This document shows positions 9,238-17,484 of a stretch of DNA of 32,000 bases, piece after piece; position 1 is the stretch's first letter; each line of letters opens with the position of its first letter. The stretch spans positions 20,361-52,360 of the forward strand of contig JAHKLG010000001.1 of the NCBI GenBank assembly GCA_029856625.1. Direction: 5' to 3'. The notes below the pieces were generated by a model that saw nothing but the letters and a program-made list of their open reading frames with translations, ran no database searches and was not told where the DNA came from. This stretch comes from Candidatus Njordarchaeota archaeon. GTDB taxonomy: Archaea; Asgardarchaeota; Njordarchaeia; Njordarchaeales; Njordarchaeaceae. A program made the translations under genes and the position numbers.

Positions 9238-9724
9238 AGCTACTGCTAACGCAGCATTCATAGCTTGGCTTTCTCTTAGTTTCTATATTCTTCTTAAAAC
9301 AATAGAAAGTTTGATAACAAAGAGTTTTACCGAATTTATTACAATAACTAGTTTTGCAACGAGATATGTTAACTACATCCAGATACTAATTAATATGCTC
9401 AATAAATCCCAACTCTTAATAAGTTCCAAAGTTATATTAATGAGTATCACACTAATCCTTGCCTGTATACTAATCTCTCTTTCCTCAGAGACCTTGTCAG
9501 AAGTTTTCTTGCAAGCGATTATTTACAATGCTATCTTTATTGCTATCTCAATTTACAACGATATGAGCATGTTTGTCAGTTCTTTTTCTAATTTCAATGA
9601 AATTATCCGCTACGCCACGAAAATTTTCCTCGAGAAATACCTAAGCACTCTGGTATTCGGGGTCATAATTATTTTATTAATTTCAATAGTCCTGCGCTTT
9701 CTTCTATTAAGAGGAGGAACTTAA
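9224..9724 (+). CDS. Integral membrane protein, uncharacterised
   Basis: Start overlaps the 3' end of the TPR gene by 14 nt. Hydrophobic segments FIAWLSLSFYILLKTI, ILMSITLILACILISL, AIIYNAIFIAISIY, LVFGVIIILLISIVLRFLLL. Confidence 0.65.
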   Translation: MSITRATANAAFIAWLSLSFYILLKTIESLITKSFTEFITITSFATRYVNYIQILINMLNKSQLLISSKVILMSITLILACILISLSSETLSEVFLQAIIYNAIFIAISIYNDMSMFVSSFSNFNEIIRYATKIFLEKYLSTLVFGVIIILLISIVLRFLLLRGGT

Positions 9725-9822
9725 TGCTCGAAATTTATAAATTCACAAAAGTAATGCTTTTTATGAGAGTAATGGGTTTTTCTTGTTCAAGCATCAATAC
9801 AGAATCTTTTGAGGGATATTAG

Positions 9823-11715
9823 ATGGAGCTTGATAAAATACCCGAAAAAGAGGGGCTGGTCATAATTCTTGCTGAAAAACAAGAGGGCGTGCTATCACAT
9901 GAGGGGCAGGAAAAAGAGCTAAGAAATACTGGTAAGATAATAATAGCGAACGCTACTGATAGTCCAATTTATGATCTAGAGTTGCTATTAAAAAACTTTG
10001 AAAAGACAAGTCTAGAAAAGAAAATATTTGTAGGATTCGTTCCGAAATATGATCCTTCTAAAGGACCTAAAGAGATAGACTATAAGATAAAGGAGATCGC
10101 CAGGGCTATCTCGATCACAGAACAATTAGTGCTTCCAGAGGATTTCGCACGTCCAGTTGCTCTTATGCGTGAGGATATTCCAATAAAGATCAGATTTTCA
10201 ATCAAGAATATTACGGATAGGGAGTTTACTATAACCCTATCTAAGCCCATCCCCGAGCAGATAAAGATAACAAATCTTCCCTCCTTAGAAACAGGCAATG
10301 CGAGAATTGAGGACTCCAGACTAATCATTGAAGGGTTTGTTATTAAGCCACATGAAGAAACCACAATCACTGTCGAAGGGACACTATCTGCTCAGAGTGA
10401 AGAAGCTTTTAGATCTGGAGTTGTTGTATACCGCTACTTCTGTGAGGGACTCACAATAAGCGGACTTGATGTAGAGGATGTAAGGGGGGTATTGAACGTT
10501 ACTCATCATGTGGATAAAACCGAAAGGTTGGAGCAGAGAGGGATATGGGATTACTATATAATTGTTGATAATAGGAGTAAGGCGGCAATAAGGGTAATTG
10601 CAGAAATCGGTGTGGCAGAGGGAAAAATATTATCACCAGAAGAAGGTGGAACTGAAATTAAAGGATCAATCGAGAGGAAGATACCGGGAAAGAGAGATTA
10701 TGATACAATCGTTTGGGAACCAGTTATTGTTAATCCTACTGAGACGGCGAAGATAGGACCATTCACTATAGCACATGAAGCAGAGCCAAAATTAGTTACC
10801 GATTTAAAGGTGTGGATTCTCCCAGAGGTTATTAAAAGAACTGCTGGAGAGTTTAGAATAGAGGATATAGAAATTCCTGTCGTGTGGGGTAGGATAACTA
10901 AACAAGTGAAGGTGGAGCATCCGCCTTATATCAAAGGATTAACTGAACACCAACTTGTTGGCCACTTGTCAGAGAACATGCATACAGTAATTCGCGTAGA
11001 CAATCTCGGGAGTGCGTCATTAGATAGAGTCGTGATAACAGATAAAATACCAGCGGACTTCAAGGCCCCAAGACCAGTTAATATTAAAGTATATGCAGTA
11101 AAAGGAGGTGGGGAGTTCGAGTTACCGCCCGAGATGGTTCAAATAGACACAATTCCTCAAGATCCGGATCCATCCAAAGAGCATACCATAAGAATAGCAA
11201 TTAGTGGTTTTAAAGAAGTCTTGGGAGAGCCGTTATTAAGAGGAGAATCCATAGTTGTCCGATACGCATTCCAATCTGTTGACCCTAAGCCTGGGGTAAT
11301 ATATGAATTCCCAGCTGAAGCAGAAATAGCTTTCACGCCTGATACGAGACCATTAAGAATAACTCTTGACGAGGTTCCGAAATTAGAAACTATGGAAGCT
11401 CTGAGAAAGATTACTAAGAGTAAAGAGGTTGAGCAAGGAGAGAAAGAGAATGAATACATAGTAATAGTCACCTTGAAGAATGAGGGAGATCTGCCCGTTC
11501 AGAATTACGAATTCATCGAGCGTATACCAGAAACATTCGAATTTGTGGCTGAGAAAGCAGAACCTGTTGCTGAGAGTATAGAGGAAGTAATCGGTGGCTT
11601 GGAGGTTAAATGGATCATTAAGGAAATTCCCGCGAAGTCTGAGTATAAAATTAAGTACACAGTAATTGGAAAACCGGGTCACAAGGTTTCCGAATTACTA
11701 AAGATTGTCGAATAA
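9823..11715 (+). CDS. Large tandem beta-sandwich (CARDB/DUF11/NEW3-like) protein with no evident signal peptide or TM segment
   Basis: 630 aa with repeated Ig-like signatures: IIIANATDSPIYDLELLL, IKIRFSIKNITDREFTITL, YYIIVDNRSKAAIRVIAEIG, TVIRVDNLGSASLDRVVITDKIPADF, YIVIVTLKNEGDLPVQNYEFIERIPETFEF. Confidence 0.7.
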   Translation: MELDKIPEKEGLVIILAEKQEGVLSHEGQEKELRNTGKIIIANATDSPIYDLELLLKNFEKTSLEKKIFVGFVPKYDPSKGPKEIDYKIKEIARAISITEQLVLPEDFARPVALMREDIPIKIRFSIKNITDREFTITLSKPIPEQIKITNLPSLETGNARIEDSRLIIEGFVIKPHEETTITVEGTLSAQSEEAFRSGVVVYRYFCEGLTISGLDVEDVRGVLNVTHHVDKTERLEQRGIWDYYIIVDNRSKAAIRVIAEIGVAEGKILSPEEGGTEIKGSIERKIPGKRDYDTIVWEPVIVNPTETAKIGPFTIAHEAEPKLVTDLKVWILPEVIKRTAGEFRIEDIEIPVVWGRITKQVKVEHPPYIKGLTEHQLVGHLSENMHTVIRVDNLGSASLDRVVITDKIPADFKAPRPVNIKVYAVKGGGEFELPPEMVQIDTIPQDPDPSKEHTIRIAISGFKEVLGEPLLRGESIVVRYAFQSVDPKPGVIYEFPAEAEIAFTPDTRPLRITLDEVPKLETMEALRKITKSKEVEQGEKENEYIVIVTLKNEGDLPVQNYEFIERIPETFEFVAEKAEPVAESIEEVIGGLEVKWIIKEIPAKSEYKIKYTVIGKPGHKVSELLKIVE

Positions 11716-11778
11716 GTATAAAAGAAAAATAAAAATTCCCTTAAACATTTCTTTCGATAACACGTTTTTTAATAACCT

Positions 11779-12417
11779 TTATAATTGTATTAAACGATGA
11801 GCATTGAGAGCTACTCCGATCGGTACAATAACTAATGCTATAAATAAAATCCACAACATGTCTATCTCGCCTTCTGGTGGTGTTACTAACTTTCTTCTTG
11901 TAACATCTATTGTTAATGAAGGACAGGATATTGATGCTTTTTCAATGAGCTCGCCTTTTACTCGTGTAAGATATATTGTGAACGCATCAAAAGTATATTC
12001 CTTCTCTTTTCTGAACTCTATCAAAACCCAGAAGCGAAAAGTTGTATTAGCCCCGATATAACTTATTGAAACGGTCACATTGGTACCTTCCCGCACTGAC
12101 CTTACGCTAGAGAACACTAGTGGAGAGTCATTCCTAATACTCAATATGAGAACATCTCTTGGAATTACCATGCCAAATGATATATTGACTAGAGTCCACG
12201 TTGTAGGATTATGGATTATTAAAAAGAGGTAAACAGGTTCCTTAGCATAAATTTTTGAGGCATTAAAAACTCTATATGCAAGAATACTTGTTTCTTCCTC
12301 GGTGATTTCTATAGCAGAATCGGCCGTAATTGTTCTTGAACTTACGAAGACAGGGGATGTAAGAATAAAAATGATAAAAATGAGTAGAGCGTATTGATGA
12401 AATTTCTCACAAGGCAT
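11779..12417 (-). CDS. Exported, C-terminally membrane-anchored beta-sandwich protein, uncharacterised
   Basis: N-terminal hydrophobic signal HQYALLIFIIFILTSPVFVSSRT; Ig-like LFLIIHNPTTWTLVNISFGMVIPRDVLIL; C-terminal TM MLWILFIALVIVPIGVALNAHRL; several NxS/T sequons. Confidence 0.6.
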   Translation of the reverse strand: MPCEKFHQYALLIFIIFILTSPVFVSSRTITADSAIEITEEETSILAYRVFNASKIYAKEPVYLFLIIHNPTTWTLVNISFGMVIPRDVLILSIRNDSPLVFSSVRSVREGTNVTVSISYIGANTTFRFWVLIEFRKEKEYTFDAFTIYLTRVKGELIEKASISCPSLTIDVTRRKLVTPPEGEIDMLWILFIALVIVPIGVALNAHRLIQL

Positions 12418-12502
12418 TTTTTCTTCTGCCCTCCTAATAACTTTAACTAATTTTTATCGTAATTGATGAACGCGAAACAGAGGAAATGATTCCGCATTCA
12501 AC

Positions 12503-13648
12503 CTAGCCTATGATTGGTGGTTCTTCAGGAGACTTTGATAATCTATAAGCTTTGTCTTTTTGCACAATGATGTCATCCTCCAGTCTGATACCTCCTTTCT
12601 CCTTTATATAAATTGCGGGTTCTATTGTAAACGCCATACCTGATTTAAGTACTTGCTTTGGAGAAGATAGAAAGCTAAGCGCTGGTCCTACATCGTGAAC
12701 TTCGATTCCTAATGGATGACCTAAGCCATGCGTGAAATGTTTCTCTGGGTCATAACCGTACTTCTTAATAACTTCGCGGGCCACTCTGTCGGGTTCTTTA
12801 GCGGGCACGCTTTCCTTTATAACACTAATACTAGAATCCTGGGCCTCTCGGACAACCTCATAAATTCTCTTAAACTCGGTATCCACATTATTTGTAAAGA
12901 ATGCTCTCGTGATATCAGCACACATCCCAGCAAACCTTATTCCAACATCTATGTATCCTACCTCTCCATTTTTTAGCTTCTTATTGGATGTTTCATGGTG
13001 AGGATTTGCGCTGTTCTTTCCAAAAGCTACTATTATCTCAAAGGCTGGTTTTCCTACCATGTAAATTTCCTTATAGAGCATAGCTGCTACTTCCCTTTCG
13101 CTCATTCCCACTTTAATATGATCTAACGTAGCATCAATTGCTCTTAGTGTGTGTTTTACAGCTTCTTCTAAGGCTTTTATCTCAGCAGAAGTTTTGATAC
13201 TTCGTAGCTCATAAACAAATTTATGCGAGGAACGGATTTCGATGCCATAAAGTTCGGTCAAATTTAAGATAGTCTTCGCATGACCGTATAAAATTCTGGA
13301 TGCATGGCTAGAAAGCATAGGTGGTGCGATATTTAGTAATAATGTCTCGCCTCTAATCTCTCCAAGCAACTCAACTAGTTTATTGATAAAATCTGTTGAA
13401 CCATAATAAGTGACTACCTCATCAATATGGGGGCGTTTAACCATACTCTCTTCAAGTCTACTTACCAAGACCTTTAAACTGTCCCTAGTTAATAAGGCAA
13501 CGGTGGTACCATAATATGATGAGTTCAACAAGTAGTCTAGATTCGCATCATTACCACTAGATATTACAAGCCAGCCGGCATAATCAAACTTTTTTAAGAG
13601 CTCAATTGCTCTTTCTTTTCTAGACTTAGCAACTTCGTCATTTAACAA
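12503..13648 (-). CDS. pepQ: Xaa-Pro aminopeptidase/dipeptidase (M24 family), TTG start
   Basis: GYIDVGIRFAGMCADITRAFF, FTHGLGHPLGIEVHDVG, GMAFTIEPAIYI, GGIRLEDDIIV: M24 metal ligands D, D, H, E, E. Confidence 0.92.
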   Translation of the reverse strand: MLNDEVAKSRKERAIELLKKFDYAGWLVISSGNDANLDYLLNSSYYGTTVALLTRDSLKVLVSRLEESMVKRPHIDEVVTYYGSTDFINKLVELLGEIRGETLLLNIAPPMLSSHASRILYGHAKTILNLTELYGIEIRSSHKFVYELRSIKTSAEIKALEEAVKHTLRAIDATLDHIKVGMSEREVAAMLYKEIYMVGKPAFEIIVAFGKNSANPHHETSNKKLKNGEVGYIDVGIRFAGMCADITRAFFTNNVDTEFKRIYEVVREAQDSSISVIKESVPAKEPDRVAREVIKKYGYDPEKHFTHGLGHPLGIEVHDVGPALSFLSSPKQVLKSGMAFTIEPAIYIKEKGGIRLEDDIIVQKDKAYRLSKSPEEPPIIG

Positions 13649-13650
13649 AG

Positions 13651-13671
13651 AAACACCTCATAGGAGTGTTT
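13651..13671. repeat. Short imperfect inverted repeat in a compact divergent intergenic region
   Basis: aaacacctc-ata-ggagtgttt; 9-nt arms with one mismatch and one wobble, in the ~28-bp gap between the pepQ start and the presenilin-like gene start. Confidence 0.4.
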
Positions 13672-13676
13672 CTATA

Positions 13677-14639
13677 ATGAGTGAAGAGGACATATCCAAA
13701 TGGTTCCCAGTATTGATATTTGAATCAGTTGATTTACATAAGAAAAGAAGCCTTATAATTACTCTTTTGAAAGTTATCTCTCTCTCCATAATAATTTCAC
13801 TGGCGACAGCATTCCCGCTATATCTGATTTTCGGAACGGGGGAGGAAGCAGCCATATTTAAGGAAAGCACATTGGGAGAAGAAGCAGCGTTACTTAATCT
13901 AGCCTTTTATATTTCTCTTGTGGTACTATTTTCGGCCATTCTGTATCTGTTAATAAAGAGTAGAAAAATCAAGCTAATTGGTTTACTACAAGTTCTTTTT
14001 CTATCATACATAGCTGCTAGTATGGCATCAATTATCGTGCCGATTTGGCTTATAATACTCGTAGCGTCCCTCTCGATGGCATTTGGATTCTTTAATCTTC
14101 TCTTAAACATATTTATAAAGTGGTTTGGCTTAATCTCCTATGTCTTATTTATAGTATTTGGAGTATTACAAGCCATTGCATTATTGAAGGAGGGGCTTAC
14201 AAGACTGCGCAATTATACACTTTTATTATCTGTTACCTGGGCTGGCTCGTTAGTTGGATTATTTATGGGCTTCTATACTCCTCTAATTCTTATGATTGGC
14301 TTCGCAATTTATGATATCTTTGCCGTGTTTAAAGGTCCTATTAAGAAGATTTCAGAAGAATTATCAAAAGTTTTTCAAAATAGAGAAGAGCGGGCATTAA
14401 TGCTTGGTCTGGGAGATATCTTTTTTTACTCAATGGCCGTAAGCTATGCCCTTGCATATATTGATGAAATAACTTCATTAATTGTAGGTATCGCTATTGC
14501 ATGTGGAGTAGTTCTAACCGGAGTGTTGTTAGCTAGAATAGTTGAAGAGAATCAGAACGTTTCCTTACCAGCTTTGCCCATTCCCTTGACCTTAGCTCTC
14601 TTAGTAATCTTCATAAAGCTCTGTATGATAAGAGTTTAG
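13677..14639 (+). CDS. Presenilin/signal-peptide-peptidase homologue (GxGD intramembrane aspartyl protease)
   Basis: Polytopic; IYDIFAVFKGP (catalytic YD), LMLGLGDIFFYSMA (GxGD), LPALPIPLTLALL (PAL motif region). Confidence 0.88.
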   Translation: MSEEDISKWFPVLIFESVDLHKKRSLIITLLKVISLSIIISLATAFPLYLIFGTGEEAAIFKESTLGEEAALLNLAFYISLVVLFSAILYLLIKSRKIKLIGLLQVLFLSYIAASMASIIVPIWLIILVASLSMAFGFFNLLLNIFIKWFGLISYVLFIVFGVLQAIALLKEGLTRLRNYTLLLSVTWAGSLVGLFMGFYTPLILMIGFAIYDIFAVFKGPIKKISEELSKVFQNREERALMLGLGDIFFYSMAVSYALAYIDEITSLIVGIAIACGVVLTGVLLARIVEENQNVSLPALPIPLTLALLVIFIKLCMIRV

Positions 14640-14893
14640 AAGAATTTTCTATTTTTTCTCTCAAAATCCCTTATAGAGTTCTTAATGATGGGACAATATA
14701 TAAAATCACAACTCATTTGCATCTTCTTACAGAAAATTTCTGGGGGCATTAATGATTTAACTTCGCCATAATAACATACGAGCCGAAAGTGGCTCCAAAT
14801 GATGTAATATAATGTTCTCTCCAGATCTTCTTTCTTAAAATCTGGGGGAAGAAAACCTAGTCGTATTAGTGCTAATATATTATTTTCACTCAT
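14636..14893 (-). CDS. Hypothetical 85-aa Cys-containing protein
   Basis: ORF immediately downstream (4 nt) of csl4 on the same strand; FRLVCYYGEVKSLMPPEIFCKKMQMSCDFIYCPI. No family recognised. Confidence 0.5.
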   Translation of the reverse strand: MSENNILALIRLGFLPPDFKKEDLERTLYYIIWSHFRLVCYYGEVKSLMPPEIFCKKMQMSCDFIYCPIIKNSIRDFERKNRKFF

Positions 14894-14897
14894 AACC

Positions 14898-15584
14898 TTA
14901 TTCTACCTCCATTCCAATGAGTGCTTTCTCTTTATACTTCCTAAATAATTCCTCGAATTTTTCAAAATTATACAAAGGAGAGATCTTTCTCGGGTTTCTT
15001 TTTTTACAGGATGGGCAGAAAAGATCATTCTCCCTATAAATCAAAGGAGTTCCGCAAATACTGCATCTCGCGGCTACGACTCCGAAGCTTTTTCCCACCA
15101 AGCTCACACCAAAAGGCGGATAAGCATCTATCGTCACATGACCTAAAATTTTATCACCAACTTTCAGGAGAGTACTAACAGATTCTGTTCTAGTCCCTAA
15201 TTGAGATATGTGGATTAACCCTGAGAAAGGAGGTATAAGAGGAATGAATCTCAGATCCTTATCTCTACGTTTAATTACAAAGTAAATCTTTACCTGCGCG
15301 ATACTGTCGCCAGAGGATATTACCTCTGCTAGGACTATATCATTCTTCTTTGGGAGTATAGGGCTCTTAATAGGTTTTACACATACCATTTTCTTACTAG
15401 TATCGTATATAACGACTCCTAAAATGCGAGCATATATTCGTCCATTAGATACATACGTGCCTTCTCCAGCGATATATTCTCTTACATCTCCCAAAAATTC
15501 CCCTGGTACAACAATTTTGAGATTCTCTATCCTCTCCAACTTAGATTTCCTCCTCATAGAATTGTATGCGCTCGCCTCTTTCAA
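14898..15584 (-). CDS. csl4: Exosome complex subunit Csl4 (true start may be internal, ~15557 or later)
   Basis: VVPGEFLGDVREYIAGEGTYVSNGRIYARILG N-terminal domain, S1 domain (SGLIHISQL...LKVGDKILGHVTI), C-terminal Zn ribbon CSICGTPLIYRENDLFCPSC. Confidence 0.92.
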   Translation of the reverse strand: MKEASAYNSMRRKSKLERIENLKIVVPGEFLGDVREYIAGEGTYVSNGRIYARILGVVIYDTSKKMVCVKPIKSPILPKKNDIVLAEVISSGDSIAQVKIYFVIKRRDKDLRFIPLIPPFSGLIHISQLGTRTESVSTLLKVGDKILGHVTIDAYPPFGVSLVGKSFGVVAARCSICGTPLIYRENDLFCPSCKKRNPRKISPLYNFEKFEELFRKYKEKALIGMEVE

Positions 15585-17205
15585 GAGCCTCCTTTATAAT
15601 TCTACCTATCTTACCGCGTTTATCAATTCTAATGGTTCCTGATTTCCCGATAATATCAGCAAAGAGGAATCGAGATCCTAGATAAGCTGAAACGGTTTTT
15701 CCTCCATGAGCTTTACCGAAATCAAAGATGTATGCTTTTTTCTTAACCCTAATAACATAAGGTAACGGCATCCCCCTAGCAGTTTGTATCTCCTCTTTTT
15801 CCTCCTCAGTACCATATAATTCCCGCGTAGCTTCCTTACTAACCGGCACAACGAAAGTTCTCTCACCGAATGTATATATCTCGTACATAGGCTTGTTTGA
15901 TAGAAAATCATATACTAATACTACTGGTCTAGCTAAATCTTCGCTTTGGAGACCATGAGGCACTTTCACCACTGTTTTAAGTGCTAGAACTCGGCTTACT
16001 TCACCCTTATACATGAAGATAACGGTATCTATTATTGAAGGGATCATACCTAATTCTACTTTTCCTATAAAGCGCTGTATCGCATCAATAGCGGTGGTAG
16101 CATGAATAACTCCTACCATCCCAACCCCTGCTAATCGTAAATCAGCGAAGAGTTTAAAGTCTTCTGGGTTTCTCATTTCATCAAAAATTGTGTAGTCAGG
16201 CCTAGATAGCAACAAAATATCATGTATTTCCTCCGGGGTTCCGAATGACTTAGAGTAACTCGTTATCTCTCTGGGTAGAATCATATCTCGGGGGGCTTCA
16301 ATAGTTTTCACAATCTTACCTTTCCGCATATAAAATTCTGCTAATGCCTGTGCGAATGTTGTTTTACCCATTCCAGGAGCGCCAGCTATGAGAATACCTT
16401 CTGCTCTATAAAGAAGTCTATTGATCAGTTTTTCTGGAAGATTGTAATCCTCTAGTTTGAGTCTCTTAACAGGCCTAACAGCAGTTATTTCTATGGCGTC
16501 TGAAAAAGGAGGTTTCGTAATAATAATCCGTAAATCTTCTAATTGAATAATAGTGGAAGATGATCTTTCTATCTCAACAAATCCCCGTATATCAGTTCTC
16601 CTTACTTCCTCTATTATCTCTCTTATTAATTCATCTATCTCCTCTTTTGTCATCGGCTTGTCTCTTAATATTACAAATTTCCACTCTCCTGGTCTGCCTT
16701 TCTTAGCCATGGGTCTTACTCCTTCCTTCAGATGAACAGATAATGTATCCTCATCAAAGAAATCTCTTATTCTCAACGGTTTTCCAGAAGGTTTCTGACG
16801 TTTGATCAGCATAGAATTAATGCCGGCTGCTTTAGCTATTTTATATAATGTCTCATTGCTTGTTAGCAAAATAGCATTCATATCTTTTGCTGCGGCTAAA
16901 GCTATCTCATCTATTGAACTATAAGGTCTAGTGTCATGGAAAATATACTCAATATCAGCTCCTAATTCTCTTAATCGCAATAATTCCTCTATCCCAACGA
17001 TTCCTTCTTCGAGACCTTGACTTGCCATTTGCTTCAGCTTATTAATAATAGCCCATGGAATGTAGAATTTACCTGTCCTAAGTAATTCAAGCATCATCGT
17101 ACTTCTGAGTGCCCCAGATAGTATTAAACTAAGATCAACTACGTACCTCCTCCTACTAACATAGGTATTTTCTGACATTCGTAGACACCCTTGCAATACT
17201 TTCAA
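15541..17205 (-). CDS. PINA-type ATPase: PIN domain + PilT/VirB11-like ATPase + KH-like domain
   Basis: PIN-like VVDLSLILSGALRS...KDMNAILLTSNETLYKIAKAAGI; Walker A GILIAGAPGMGKTTFAQAL; Walker B-like DYTIFDEMRNPEDFKLFADLRLAGVGMVGVIHAT. Confidence 0.92.
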   Translation of the reverse strand: MKVLQGCLRMSENTYVSRRRYVVDLSLILSGALRSTMMLELLRTGKFYIPWAIINKLKQMASQGLEEGIVGIEELLRLRELGADIEYIFHDTRPYSSIDEIALAAAKDMNAILLTSNETLYKIAKAAGINSMLIKRQKPSGKPLRIRDFFDEDTLSVHLKEGVRPMAKKGRPGEWKFVILRDKPMTKEEIDELIREIIEEVRRTDIRGFVEIERSSSTIIQLEDLRIIITKPPFSDAIEITAVRPVKRLKLEDYNLPEKLINRLLYRAEGILIAGAPGMGKTTFAQALAEFYMRKGKIVKTIEAPRDMILPREITSYSKSFGTPEEIHDILLLSRPDYTIFDEMRNPEDFKLFADLRLAGVGMVGVIHATTAIDAIQRFIGKVELGMIPSIIDTVIFMYKGEVSRVLALKTVVKVPHGLQSEDLARPVVLVYDFLSNKPMYEIYTFGERTFVVPVSKEATRELYGTEEEKEEIQTARGMPLPYVIRVKKKAYIFDFGKAHGGKTVSAYLGSRFLFADIIGKSGTIRIDKRGKIGRIIKEALERGERIQFYEEEI

Positions 17206-17484
17206 TTACTCATATTTGAAGCATATCCTAACTAATCAGGTTAGCTATTTTAATTTCACTGATACTATTAAAATGTATGAAGAAGTAGGGGGTAAAGTTA
17301 ATTGCTCTCCACTCAAGATCTTCATCATCTTCTCTCAGAAGGCCAGACTCCGATCATCGCTCTGAACCGCTAGTAAGGTATTCAATAATAGTTCACATAA
17401 CATCATAGGGCGAAATATAAATTTTATAATCGCTCAAACTTACTTTTAACAGAAAGCTACGAAGCAGTATTCTGAGAATGAGAT

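Noticed and set aside
11157-11682. Antisense ORFs 11157..11471 and 11383..11682 (plus 10080..10370)
   Set aside because: Shadow ORFs of the 630-aa gene; low-complexity composition and no motif.
8074-11715. The TPR/membrane/beta-sandwich cluster as a defence system
   Set aside because: No nuclease, NTPase, protease or other effector domain is visible; it is reported only as an uncharacterised cluster.
12450-12500. TGATGA-containing stretch (attgatgaacgcgaaacagaggaaatgatt) as a possible C/D sRNA
   Set aside because: No CTGA D box at suitable spacing and no terminal stem.
17206-17484. Noncoding divergent region with short open frames on the minus strand (e.g. MMLCELLLNTLLAVQSDDRSLAF and LLREDDEDLEWRAINFTPYFFIHF)
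   Set aside because: No frame has a convincing start, length or motif; a decayed small gene is possible but cannot be supported.
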